From the NCBI RefSeq assembly GCF_009834535.1, contig NC_045696.1, positions 11,596,001 through 11,660,000 on the forward strand: a stretch of 64,000 nt of DNA, written 5' to 3'. Source of the DNA: Camelus ferus. Lineage: Eukaryota. Each line of letters begins with the position of its first letter. Position 1 is the stretch's first letter. The notes below the pieces were generated by a model, which did no database searches, was not told where the DNA came from, and saw only the letters and a program-made list of their open reading frames with translations. This document shows positions 1 to 12,518 of the stretch, one piece after another. Position numbers and translations under genes: made by a program.

Positions 1-479
1 CCTGCTTGAGGTCTTTTTTCTTTAAGTTTCTAAATTACCAACCTCCCTCTGGGCACTAAACAAAATGATAAACAAAGCATCTGTGAAAGCCCTCAGGAGC
101 ACAATGAAAGCTGTTAGGTCTCTGCCCTCTGCCCTGGAGTGTCTTTGATAGCTTGGAAAAGATACAATGAGAATCAACAAAGGAGAAATTTCTTTATTCC
201 AAACCAATAGTCATGAAGCTGAATGTAGGCTAAAGGAAAGTGGGGGTGGGGAGGAGAGTACACGTGGGAAGGGAAAAAACAGAAAATATTGACTTCAAGA
301 CTTACAACACATAAAATAAATAGAAAACAAAGCAATATTCCCACTGATGCCCTACACAACACCCTACACTCCAAATAAGTTATCCTCTTCTTCCTGTTTT
401 CTCCTAGCTGTGTTTATCATGGCAGTTAGCACATAGTCAGCTAGAGGTAATAAAAAATGTAAATTCCTAGGGTATTAAT

Positions 480-950
480 TTTTTCACATATTAAGTCCAG
501 AGGGAAGCCCTTTCTGCCATTAGTTTAGCTGCTCAAGCTCATTAAGAACCCAACTCTTTTCACTCTGCCACCCTCCATTTGTTGGCTTTTTGTCTTTGTG
601 TCTGTGGCTTCATGGTCACAAGATGGCTGCCACAGCGCCAGGATTCATAGCTGCATTCAAAGTCAGGATGCAGTGAGGCAGCCAGATAGAGAGGGCTGAT
701 GCTCTTGCCTTCCATCAGGGGAGTCAGGAATATTTTTCACAAGCCCTCAACAGACTTCCCCTCTGTCTCACTAACCAACTTGGTCACGTGGCCCTTCACT
801 AGCTGCAGCAAAAGTGAGTACCTAGCAAATGGTATTAGCTTAGCCATGATTGGCTTAAAACAAATCACAATTCATCCCAAAGAGCTGGGCACATTGGTGT
901 GCACCCCACCCCACCCCACCACAAATAATCAGAACTCTGTTAGCAAGAAA
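480..950 (-). mobile_element. MaLR LTR remnant (MLT1J/K-like)
   Basis: Recognised motifs 'catggtcacaagatggctgccacagcgccagg' and 'cagacttcccctctgtctcact...ggtcacgtggcc'; boundaries approximate. Confidence 0.65.
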
Positions 951-1394
951 GAAAGCAGAGAAATGACAGGTCACCAGGTCTGCCAAGCTCATCTACACAT
1001 GCACCTTTCATCCTGTTCACCTATCCTGTAGTGGCCTTGCTGGCCCCCTCCTCTTACTCAGGGTCATTTCATACTTCAAGACCCCAGCTGAACTTGCTGC
1101 CTTTAGGACCCACCCAGGACCTCAGCTCCACCTGGAGAAGAGGCTCAGCTGAGCAATGACTCTGACCCAGTAGAGGAGTCTGACTTCCAGGGTTTGAATC
1201 CTGGCCAAGCCTCTTTTTGATTATGGCCTTTAAGGAATTGCTTTGATCTTCCAGGAATGAGGATCCTTCAGTTATTGCATCTGTACAAAGAATGTGAATA
1301 GAATGACTGGCACGAAGCTGTCTTCAGTTTTAAATAATGGTTTGATGGATGGATGAATGGATGGATGGATGGATCACACCTACCCCCAAAGAAC

Positions 1395-2033
1395 TGAGAC
1401 AGGAGGAAAGGGGGCAGGGCACACCCATTTAACAAATGACAGCAATTTAACACAAAAATGGTGGAAGATTCAACTCCCAGTTGGCCTTGAGGATTAAGTT
1501 GGGAGGTTTGACTTCTAGCAGACCTTGAGCTTCATTATATGCTCATTGTAACAGCATGATAAATAACATGCCCACGGGCACCATGACAGTCCCCAGGCTA
1601 ATGCCAAAAGGCCAAAGAATGGGTGGTGGCCCAGTTCCTGGGAATCCTAGCCCCTTCCCCAGGGTAGTTGGAATGATCCCACCTGTAGGTGTGTGAAGTT
1701 ACTGAGACCATAAAAACTGACACCATGCCTTGCCGCCCTTTTTCGCTCCCTCCCCTCCAAAGATGGCCCGCACTCTGTCTATGGAGTGTGTACCTACTTT
1801 CACTTCAACCTAAGCACCCAGTTCCCACACTTCTTTCCTTGCCTTTCTCTTGCCTTACACTCTGTGCAGTGTGTATCTCTCTAAATACATCTACCTTTAC
1901 TCAGCTGTGGCTCACACTTGAATTCTTTCCTGTGTGAAGTCAAGGACCCACACTTGGTGGGGCACGTTCCAGGAGCTCAACCGAGACCTGGGACATGGCC
2001 CTCCTCATGCTCCGCATCCATTTTCCTGCATCA
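1395..2033 (+). mobile_element. Solo LTR, ERV1-like (copy A), inserted in a MIR
   Basis: TG...CA termini (tgagacagg...cctgcatca); flanks gaac/gcac (3 of 4 match, possible TSD); TATA-like cataaaaa at 1709-1716; homologous over its full length to 2199-2835. Confidence 0.85.
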
Positions 2034-2198
2034 GCACCACTGTAAAGATTAAATGAGACAACGTATATGAAAAGACTGAACAAATCCTGGCACGCAGTAA
2101 ATGCTCACTAGACACAGGGAGAACCAATGCTATCACCGCCCCTGCTTCAAAACCTTCAATAGCTTCAGTCCCCCTTATGGAAAAGGATCAAGTCCAAC

Positions 2199-2835
2199 TG
2201 ATGCAGGAAAATGGATGTGGGGTATGAGGAGGTCTGTGTCCCAGGTCCCAGTTGAGCCCCTGGAACGTGCCCCACCAAGTGTGGGTCCTTGACTTTGCAC
2301 AGAAAAGAATTCAAGTGTGAGCCACTGTTGAGTAAAGGTAGATGTATTTAGAGAGATACATAATGCATAGAGTGTAAGGCAAAAGAAAGGCAAGGAAGGA
2401 GCAGTGGGAGCTGGGTGCTCAGGTTAAAGTAAAAGTAGGTGCACACTCCATAGACAGAGTGTGGGCTGTCTCCAAAGAGGAGGGAGCAAAAAAAGCCACT
2501 AGGCGTGGTGTTGTCAGTTTTTATGGTCTCAGTAGCTTCACACACCTACAGGTGGGACCATTCCAACTGCCCTGGGGAAGGGGCTGAGATTCCCAGGAAC
2601 TGGGCCACCGCCCATTCTTTGGCCTTTTGGCGTTAGCCTTGGGACTGTCATGGCGCCTGCGGGCATGTTATTTGATCCCGCTGTTACAATGAGTATATAA
2701 TGAAGCTCAAGGTCTACTAGAAGTCAAACCTCTTAATTCTCAAGGCCAAGTAGGAGGTGAATCTTCCACCATTTTGGTGTTAAATTGCTGTCATTCCTTG
2801 AGTGGCTGTGCCCTGTCCCCTTCCATCCTGTCTCA
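2199..2835 (-). mobile_element. Solo LTR, ERV1-like (copy B), inserted in an L2 remnant
   Basis: Reverse complement of copy A; TG...CA termini; perfect 4-bp TSD caac at 2195-2198 and 2836-2839. Confidence 0.88.
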
Positions 2836-4039
2836 CAACCTGCTTAAACGATCTGGCCCTTGCCTACGTCTCAGGGCTCAGCTGTCATGCTTGTGGCTCC
2901 TGACCCTGTCACTCACCTGCACACCTGCTCCTCCCACTCATTCATCATGCACTAGCCCTCCTGGGACCTTCAACTCTGCTCCTCACAAGCCTAGCCAGGT
3001 AAGGTTTCTGGGCAAAAGGAAGTTAGAAAATCTGAAAACTTACTCAGGGAGAATTTTTGGAGCTGGCCAGCAAGAAAGCAACCTCTCGAATCTGTACCGC
3101 CAAGACCCCAGGCTAAACCTGGGAGAAGCTGACAGGGCTCATCTTGTTCTGCATCTGGGGAAACTATGGGAGCGAGGACTGCAGATCAGACCACGATACT
3201 GCTCAGGATGGACCTACAAAGAGGAGCAGTTTCTCAAGGAACCAGGCCGAAAAAGAACTTGGACAGACTCCACAATTACCCAGGAACCTACATGGTTACA
3301 ATCTCCTGAACTGTCTCATTTTCTAATAAAGATTTTCTTATACTTCTGCGTGCATGTCTAAAGTTAAACTGTTCATCTTCTCTTTCTTTCAGCCCCTCCT
3401 TCCCCACTCTCTCTGCCCACCTCCCAGGCATTTTTCATCCTTGACTCTCACGCCCTGCCTGGTTGGTGGTCCTCACACCCTTCCCAAGGCACCTGCTCCC
3501 TCCACGGCCCCACTGCGCATGCTCAGACCCTGTTCTCACTCCTCTGGGGCTCCCCACCTCAGGCCCCTTCCTGCTCCCACCCGTCCTGCGTACAGAGCCC
3601 GCAACCCTTCCTAAACCACCGCTCTCATCCCCTCGGCTGCCTGCTCAGACGCCTCCACAGGCTCCCAGGCGTTAGGTGCAGACGTCTCACCTTTGCAGTG
3701 AGTCCCCAAGTGCCTTTCTGTCCATCTCTCATCTGGCCTCCTCCTCCCCTTTCTTCTTACTTTATTTTGAAACATGTCATACATTTGTGAGTGTTCATAA
3801 GAGATGTACAAATTGTTCTTATAAAGACCACACCTGTGAAACTGCCACTCACGGTAAGACTCAGGTATGTCGACTTATCCTCCCGCTCCTGACTCCAGCC
3901 ATTGCAGAACCATCCCCTTGATTTATTTACAGTTGTGCCACCCATTCCTAAAGGGCATATTGTTTAGTGTTGCCGGATTCTGAATTCTCTATAGATTCTA
4001 TCATTCTATGTTTATTGTACTGTGACTAGATTTTCCCTT

Positions 4040-4265
4040 TTTAATGGCTTTTTTGAGATATAATTAATATACCATGCCATTCACTTATTTAAAATACACA
4101 GTTCAGTGGTTTTAGCATATTTAAGCTAACCATCATCTCAATATAATTTTAGAAACCCTTATCACCCCAAAAAGAAGCCCTGCACCCCTCCACCCTGGGC
4201 AACCAGTAACCGACTTTCTATCCCTACAGATTGGCCTATTCTATTCTGTTTCATCTGAATGGAAC
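4040..4265 (-). mobile_element. L1 3' UTR fragment (L1MA/MB-like)
   Basis: 'ttttgagatataatt...cagttcagtggttttagcatatt...atcaccccaaaaagaagccctgcacc' is typical L1M 3'-end sequence. Confidence 0.7.
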
Positions 4266-6839
4266 CACCCTCACTTGGCCTTTTGCACACGCTGTGCTGT
4301 CACAGAACCAGGCCACTCTTCCCCGTCATGTGCAGGAACACTGGTCATTCTGCCTGGAGAGCCTCCCTGACCGTTGCTGCCCAGCCGGGGCTGTCGGTTT
4401 CTACAGGACCTGACCCAGTCATCTCTCTTCCATGAAGCCATTCCTCTTTCCCACTCCACCTCGTGTGTTGCTTCCTTCATCAAATTCTTAAAATACGTTG
4501 CGTGTCAGTTTGTTTTGGGGGTCTAGTGTCTCCCTACTAGACTGTCAGCTCTGGGAAGGGTCAGGGCCTTGCCTGATTTCATCTTCTGTTGGTCCCCGGA
4601 GCCAGCTCAGAGCCCGGCACATAGCAGGTGTCCAACGGGCATGTGCTGGGAGAGTGAGGGACGGGCAAGTTATTCTGTCTTAGAGCATCATCACGTGCTC
4701 ATAGAACTAGTCCTCCAATGAGCGGGATCCACTGGTACAATCAGGAGTGATGTTTCCTTTCTCCTGAAGGGGCTTGTCTAAGCCGCTCTGTGGGGCTGGC
4801 TCATTCCCTGCTCCCAGACAAAATCTAAGGTGGGCTCTGTGGCTCCCTGCTCACTCTCAGACAATTCATTCCCAACATCCAACCCATATAATGGTCAAAT
4901 CTCCATTTTAAAGTTGAAGCCCCTCCCTGGGTCAGTTGTGGTCTCCTCCTGGCTGGCCTCTTCCCTTGCCTTGCTGACTGCAGCCTCTGATCTCTCCGTG
5001 GTTAGAATCAAGGCAAACAGCCACCGGCCATGGTGCGTGTGTGAAGCCAACTCTTTTTCTGAGCCTCCCTCCTTCCCCCAGAAAATGGTGATACTTCCCA
5101 CCTGTTGTGCCCTTGACTCAGGCAGAAGCATCCCATCTAGTTGGTCACCTTAGAGCTCTCCCTTGGTCCCTGGTCACCTATCAATGTCTCATGCTTCCTT
5201 CTGCTCTCAGAATTCTCCAGGATAATCCCGCAGGACTCTCTCTGACATGGTTCACCTCTGGTCCACCGTGACTTGCGTCTTTGACTGTGGTCAGTAGAAG
5301 TGCAGGCACACAGATCCTCCTATCTGTGGCCTCAGCCAGCCCCTTTCCTGTGAGAGTTCACATGCCCAAATCAGACTCTGGCCCTTGAGTTACCTAATTT
5401 CCTAGGGCACCGAACAACCTCTCCAAATGGCGTCATTGAAGCCTCCTCAGAGACTGTGGAAAGAAGGCAGCACCACGCCCTTCCTCCGTGGAGGGATAAA
5501 GCTGACGGCACACGGCCTGCTTCTCTTCAGAGAGATGCTCTCTTTAGTCTCCAGACCCTCGCTCGGCCTGTCTGATGGTTTGTACAGGCTGCAGCTAGGT
5601 GATCAGCTGGGGGCCTCAAAGCTGGTTTCCAACGACCTCCTTTGTGGTCCTGCCCGGGAAACCACACACCTCACTTTGGAATGTGACTATTCTGGCCACC
5701 TATTGACTTGGGGCCTCGGTCAAAACTGACACAAGCCCCATTTTAACATCCTGTTCTTGTGTTATCCTCTCGTGAGACTCCACACTCCTGGGAGCAGGAA
5801 CTCTGCCATTCTCACCTGCATTGCCTTCTCTCTGCCCTAGTGAGTAGCAGTGCCGTACTCAGGGTGCTAGAGGTATTTTAGAGGAAAATCTCCGTGGCGA
5901 TGAGCCAGCAGCATGAAGAAGTGTGGAAGAAGAAAAGGCAAGAGAGTTCAGTTCTGGGGTGATGAGTCAAAGAGGAGGCTGTAGAAGTTTCCTTCTAAAG
6001 TTACTCAGGCTTGGAAGCTATTTTTCAATGAAATCAGACCTCTCCCTGGTCCGAATGCCTCTGGCATTGAGTCAAAAACTACATAACATAACTAATGTCA
6101 TATAGTCTGGCCTTATAATACTGAGAATGCACAAAATAGGATTAGTGAGATTTAAGAGAAAACAGACAAACAAAAAAAAATCACTCTCACTGCACGTAGG
6201 TCCCTCCAGTCATTTTTCTGGATCACCCTGTTCCCAAAAATCAGACCTGTCATCAACCACTTCTTTTGGGCATTAGGAAACATATTGGTCCATTTGTTTA
6301 GACCTGGTCAAGGCATATGCTCAAGGTCTTGGGCACATAGAGAAGCAGAATTTGTAGTAGGATGGAGTTCTGGGATAAGACAAAAGGCATCCAACTCCTG
6401 GCTAAGCAACAGATCCTCGGTGCTGCACCGAGAAGGGGATCTCATCCCTTTGCACTCAGGGCCTCTGTTACGTCCTAAACTTACGAGGTTATACTCATTT
6501 GTTTGTCAAATATTTCCTGACACTTGGTACGAATTCTGAGTTAAGGGCTCTAAGCCTGTCCCTTCTAAATTCCCTGCCTTTGTGTCAGCCATCAGCCTCC
6601 TCTCAAAATGTCCACTTTAAAAATGTCCCAGAGCTATGACCCTCCTTTTGCCCCCATTGTCGATATTGCATCTCCCCACAAATACCGTCCCAGTCTACCC
6701 ACTCGTGTCTGTCCCACCACAGCCCCATCAGGTCTTCCCCATCACTCAACAAGTGGGCTTGTACAAAAGAGCTTTATGCATGGCTCATTTCGCCACCTGC
6801 CAGTCTTTTTTATCCAATCTAACTTCAGCAGACATGCCT

Positions 6840-7028
6840 GGTATGGACTTAGTTGTGTCCTCCCAAAATTTACTTGTAGAAGCCCTAACCTCCAGTACCT
6901 CAGAATGTAACCATATTTGGAGATAAGATCTTTAAAGAGTATGTAAGTTAAGGGGGGAGGGTATAGCTCAGTGGTAGAGTGTATGCCTAGCATGCACGAG
7001 GTCCTGGATTCAACCCCCAGTACCTCCA

Positions 7029-7093
<65 letters not shown>

Positions 7094-7528
7094 AATTATC
7101 TCCCCCAAATAAATAAATAAAAATTGGACATTTTTTTTAAAAGAGCTTAAAAAAAGCTTTAAAAATAAATTTTAAATAAATAAACCCAATTTCCTCCCCA
7201 CCAACAAAATTTTAAAAATAAATAAAATTCTTTTTTAAATAAATAAAGAATACATAAGTTAAAAGAAGGTCTTTGGCCAGGGTTGGGAGGAATCTAATCC
7301 AGTATGACTGGTTTTCTCATAAGAGGAGGAAATTCAGACACTGACACGCACACATAGAGGAAGATTGTGTGAAGACAGACGGAGAAGATGGGGAGAGGCC
7401 TCAGAAGAAATCAAACCTGCCAATGCCTTGATCTCAGACTTCTGGCCTCCAGGATTGTGAGAAAATAAGTGTCTGTTGTCTCAGCCACCTAGTCTGTGGT
7501 ATTTTGTTACGACAGCAAATTAATACAA
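6840..7528 (+). mobile_element. MLT1A/B-like MaLR LTR interrupted by a SINE
   Basis: 'gaagccctaacctccagtacctcagaatgtaacc...ccttgatctcagacttctggcctccagg...tgtggtattttgttacgacagc'. Confidence 0.8.
6952..7244 (+). mobile_element. tRNA-derived SINE (vic-1-like) with (TA)n and A-rich tail
   Basis: A box 'tagctcagtggtag', B box 'ggattcaacccc'; 18-bp TSD aaagagtatgtaagttaa / aaagaatacataagttaa; (TA)n at about 7033-7088. Confidence 0.9.
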
Positions 7529-8031
7529 TGCTCATTAGATTCCTACACATAAATCGGCACGTTGTCCGTTTCCTTTGGGATCAGGTTCGAGGTCCTTAAT
7601 ATGGCACATCTAGTCCCTCTCCCAAGCCCACCAGGCCTCTTTGACATCATCTCCCCCTTACCTGTGCTGGCCTGTGCCACCATCCCCACCCCACAATCCA
7701 GCACATCAACACAGACCTCAGAGCACACTGTGCCTTGACCACCTCCCTGACGTGTTGCATCTGTCACCTCTGTCTGGAATCACCCCCTCTGTGCCTCCCT
7801 TGTCCTTCAAGGCTTGCTCAAATGTCACCTTCCCATGAAATCTTCTCCCACACAGAGTTTGTCCCTCATCCTCTGTGCATTCCTGGCACTTTCTCTATTA
7901 CAGCGCTTGCCTCTTTGGGTTGTTACTGTTTGCATTGAGTTCCTTGAGGCAGAGACAGTGTTTTACTCATCAGTACAACTATAGCACACAGTAGGTGCTC
8001 AAAAAATATTTGTTGAATAGCTGTGATGTCC

Positions 8032-8177
8032 TTTTTTTAAATTATTATTTTTCTTTTTTGTGAGGGGGGAGGTAATTAGGTTTATTTATTTATTTTTTTA
8101 AGTGGAGGTACTGGGGATTGAACCCAGGACCTTGTGCATGTTAAGCATGTGCTCGACCACTGAGCTATACCCTCCCC
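8032..8177 (-). mobile_element. tRNA-derived SINE (vic-1-like)
   Basis: 'ggaggtactggggattgaacccaggacc...ccactgagctataccctcccc' with a T-rich tail upstream. Confidence 0.9.
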
Positions 8178-8182
8178 ACCTT

Positions 8183-8525
8183 GGTGTTACGTTCTTAATG
8201 TTTGTCTTCCCCCCTAAATTCATATGTGAAGCCCTAACTTCCAATGGAATGGTATCTGGAGATGGTGCTTTTGAGAGGAGATTAGGGTTAGATGAGGTCA
8301 TGAGGATGAGACCCTCATGAAAGGATTAGTGCCCTTATTAGAAGAGACAACAGAGAGCACTTCCTCCCTCTCTCTCTTTCACCTCCATCCCTCTCCAGGA
8401 AAAGAGCTCTCACCAGGAACCAAACTGGTCAGCACCCAACCTCCAGAGCTGTGAGGAAAGTTAATCTCTGTCATTTAAGCCATCTAGTCAATGGTATTTT
8501 GGCATGGCGACCTGAGCTGAGTGAA
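8183..8525 (+). mobile_element. MLT1A/MST-like MaLR LTR
   Basis: 'ggagatggtgcttttgagaggagattagggttagatgaggtcatgagg...ggattagtgcccttattagaagag'. Confidence 0.75.
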
Positions 8526-9528
8526 ATAGCTGGGTGGCCAAATAATGCAGGGGCTCCCTCTCACTATTTTAACCAAGGACTCTTCCCGGCCCTGGGAATT
8601 GCTTCCTTACGTGGTCACTGCCTGACACCTGATCTCAGGCAGGCCCCGTCTGTCTTGTTTCCCTGACCATGATGAGCTATCTTAGACTCTTAGAGCTTTT
8701 CCAGGTGTATGGCATTGTCTGTGCTAGATCGCCTTTTTTAGCCACTTTCTCCTTTCGGGGCTTAATAATTGCATTTGACTTTTACTAAAAAGTCTGCACT
8801 TTATTTTTTCTACCTTGGACATTCCTTGTCCCTTTCTTTTGCCAGGAACCTGTTTATGTAAGTCAACCCTTCCCAGTCATCTTCCTTATCCCAGGTCTTT
8901 GCCAATATCATCTGATTACAGTCAGATTACTCTGTCCTGGAGAGACAGTGCCTTAGTCAGAAGCTTAAACCCAGCTGCTTTCCTCCACGCCAACCCAGGA
9001 CTCTTCAAATCTCTTCAAATTCTTCTCTGGTTACGTAACTGTAATTCCCACATGCTTTCCCCTAAAACATTTGTAACATTGCACCTTCAAGCATACATAA
9101 TTCTAAGAACTCACATTAGTTTAAGCATACGTGAAACTGGAATAGAAATATAACCCACCTGGGACTCGGGCCCTTCATTTCAGGGCTGGTCATTGCTTTC
9201 CTCTCCACGTAAGCAGATAGACTTGTTGTGTCAACAAAGAAAATGCTTGGCGAAGAACTGAAATTTTCTCACGCGTATCACTAACATTTCAGTAAGCCTC
9301 TCCCAACCCACCTTCCCACTCACGGTGTGAAGGAGTCTGAGAGCTTGCAGAGAAATTGCAGGGCAATGAGCTGAGTGTTTGCTTTCCTCCTCTGGTGTCA
9401 AGGAGCCTGGAGGGGGGCGATGGAGGGTGCCTGGATCACCTAAGGGAAAAAGAAAAAAACTCAGCTGAACTGAGATTTGGAGTGTGCAGCCAGGGAGGAA
9501 AGCCTTGGAGCTACATCCGTGTTCTACA

Positions 9529-9707
9529 ACAGCGCTGTTCAGTACTGTAGCCACTAGCCACCTGCAGCTATTTAAATTTAAATGGTAAAATGAACTAAAA
9601 GTTAAAATGCCATTTTTTAGGCGCACTGATCACACTTGGGTGCTCAAGAGCCACATGTAGATAGAGAACATTTCCATCACTGCAGAAAGTCTTGTCAGGC
9701 AGCACTA
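9529..9707. mobile_element. MER3-like hAT-Charlie element
   Basis: 'cagcgctgttc...gtagccactagccacctgcagctatttaaattt...agaacatttccatcactgcagaaag...gcagcact'. Confidence 0.7.
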
Positions 9708-11220
9708 ATCTATAACGTAAGCAATGCTTATGAGGAAGACCAAAATGTGAAGTTCCTACGTTTAAAATGAGTGTTGGAAAAATATGAAGTGGACTTAAGA
9801 TATAATTTTTTCAAAAAGGCATTCCGAGGCTCTCTATGGACAATGGTGAAAAATATTGCAGCAACTGTATGTGGAAGGTAACCTTTAAAAATTGTATAAA
9901 AATTGTAAATTTTTTTAAACAAAAAAAAGTTGAAAAATAACAATGATGAAAGAAAGGAATGAAGGGCAGAGGGAAGACAGGAAGCTAGTCAGATGGTTGT
10001 CAGCACTGTTTTGTCTCACTGCAGATCAAGGGGACCCATCATCTCTACAGCACGAGAAAGCAGTGGCCAGGGACCAACTTGTTGAAGCCCTTTCGGGGGA
10101 GGCAGGCACTTTCTCATCTGAAGGAGTGGCTTCAAATGTGTGATCATGCAGACATTGAGTCACGGGCCATTCAGGTATTAGATGTGGCTGTTTAAAGACC
10201 TAATATGAGGGAGGAGAGGATGTCACCTTTAATTAGCTCCTAATCCCTATTTACATATCACTTCCTTCTCTTAAGGCCACTTTGGATGATGGGCCAGTTG
10301 CGCAATAACCTACGTGAGCGCCACTGCTGGGGAAAAAAAAACACCCACAGGCAAAGGAACTTGTTGCCCTCACCTAAGCCTGCCAAGAGAGAAAGCCCAA
10401 GAATCTATGATGCCAAGAAGTCCTGGTTTTCAGACTCTGGGGCTCATGACAGTGAGTGGTGCCCGTGTTCTTGGCTTCTCTAACATCCCATCCGACCTCC
10501 CTGGGTTTTTAAAACTTTGCTCTGTTGAGTAACATGCCATCCCTTCCTCCACTGTGAAGTAGTAAATGGCTAGTGTACATTCTACCGCCATCTTGATTTT
10601 TCAAGAATCGTTAACAGCGATCTTGCAACATTCTTGACTTTTAGACTCTGGAAGTTTCAAAGAAAATCAGCTTTGCTGACTCCTCATTCCATTCACCCTG
10701 TCTGGTGGACTGGCCAAGAATTGGAATTATCCAAGCAAGCTCTGGAACTGGGCAGGACCACTCACGTGAGCGTGACCCAGCCAAGGCTGACTTACCAACA
10801 TCTGTGCTTTTTTATCCATGAAATGCTAGCCAAGTGTGGGGCCACAAAACACAATTCATATTCTATTGCTTAGCAACAATGACCAGGTGAACTGCTTCCA
10901 GCAGATCCACAGATTGGCAGGATGTCTAAGACCAGTTATTGTTCATGGCGTAACTCAGCTGTAATCCCCTCTGCCTCACACTCTGACCAGGAGAGAGGCG
11001 ATGACAAGAGGCAAGTCCAGGCATGGAGACAGGCCTCCCACTCAGCCTGGGCTCTGCTCCTGCTACCACCCCCCTCCCCCAGTGCTGTCTCACATACCCG
11101 CTCCACAACCAGAACAAGGAGGAGGGGAATGTCTCTGCACCCACATTCGGGGGGTTGGCAAGCCTGTTAACCAGCTGAAGTCCAGAACATAACCATCAAC
11201 TTTCTGTGATCCCTCAAGGC

Positions 11221-11445
11221 CATGTGCATGTGTGCACATGGACACACACACACCATACACATACATGCATCATTCCCCAAACACATACATAGTCATATAC
11301 ACATGTACACATGCTCATACCCACAGACATGTACATAACATACAAACCAGCACACGTGTGCACATGCAAAACACACACTTAAACACATACAGACCACATG
11401 TACACTCACACATAAATACATATACACACATACATCTATATACAG
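11221..11445. repeat. Degenerate CA/TA-rich simple repeat
   Basis: Visible cacata/cacaca tract. Confidence 0.85.
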
Positions 11446-12412
11446 GCATGCTTTTGGGAGTTCAGCCATCCACCAGCGCTGTTTTGCTTGGCTAAGCTTT
11501 AAGCTGCCCATGAATAGGAAGCAGGCTCAGGAAGTGGGGCCCCAGCTCGCCCCTCCCCTTCTGCAGCAGCTCCGGAGAGGGCAGGAGCATCTGTGCTGAA
11601 CCCTTTCCCACTTCTGCCCCATCCCAGAGGCATTGGGAATAGGCCTGAGCTCAGGGGAGAGTGTGGGCTGCTGCTCAGTGTTTTTGGCCATAATGTCACA
11701 TTAGCACATTTCTAATAACAAGACAGATGTTATCTATTGACAATGTCATATGGTCTATGATGGTACATGTACAGTATGTGAACGACATATGAGAGATCTG
11801 TAAAGGATATCTATGAACAGGCCAACCAGAGGAGAGGCAGGGAGGAGAAAAGCAACAGCTCTCGAGCAGGAAGCCCACAGCACACTTCAGAAATTGGCCC
11901 AGCTACCCACCAGTAACGCAGCCTGGGCTCTGGGCTGCTTGCATGTAATCCCTTTTACACACAAGTCAGGCACCATGGCCTCTTTATTCTGGTGAGAGAT
12001 TCATGCTGACATCTGCAGGGAACCAGCTATTTCAAAGGAATCGAGAAGAAATAAGGGCTGATGGAGGGGCAGAAACGTGAATTTTTGAAGGTGGCTCTAG
12101 CTGCTTAATGATATCCGGGTTTCCGGGCTGTGCTGCACATGCTCCAAGGCTCCTGCAAACATGAGCTAATTAGCCTGTACTCGGAGGTGGGTGCGCGTGT
12201 GAACTGTTCTCTCTCAAGCTTGCAGAACCACTTAGCTCTGTCACACTTCTTGTAGCAACATGCCAAGTAAGCACTAAAAACACACTGGGTTTTAAATGCC
12301 TGGATCTAAACTGATAGTGCCGGGAATCTGTGAAGCCGCTGAAGACACTCAGTTGTCTCCCTCCTCTACAAAGCCTTCCCCAGCTATGCTTGCTTGTAAA
12401 TCAGTCCTTCTC

Positions 12413-12518
12413 TATAGTGACCAACTGTCCTGGGTTGCCCAGGACTGTCTCAGTTTTAACACTGCAAGTCCCATGTCCCAGGAAACCCCTTGGCCGACCG
12501 GGATGGTCGGTCACCCTG
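12413..12518. mobile_element. MER94-like hAT-Blackjack MITE
   Basis: Inverted termini 'agtgacc' ... 'ggtcaccct'; internal 'gtcctgggttgcccaggactgtc'. Confidence 0.65.

Noticed and set aside
2774..3361. 195-aa ORF
   Set aside because: Non-ATG start; spans the junction of an antisense LTR, L2 and another repeat-like segment; no recognisable protein.
6952..7030. tRNA-like sequence (also in the nine other copies)
   Set aside because: SINE heads with A-rich tails, TSDs and scattered mutations, not functional tRNA genes.
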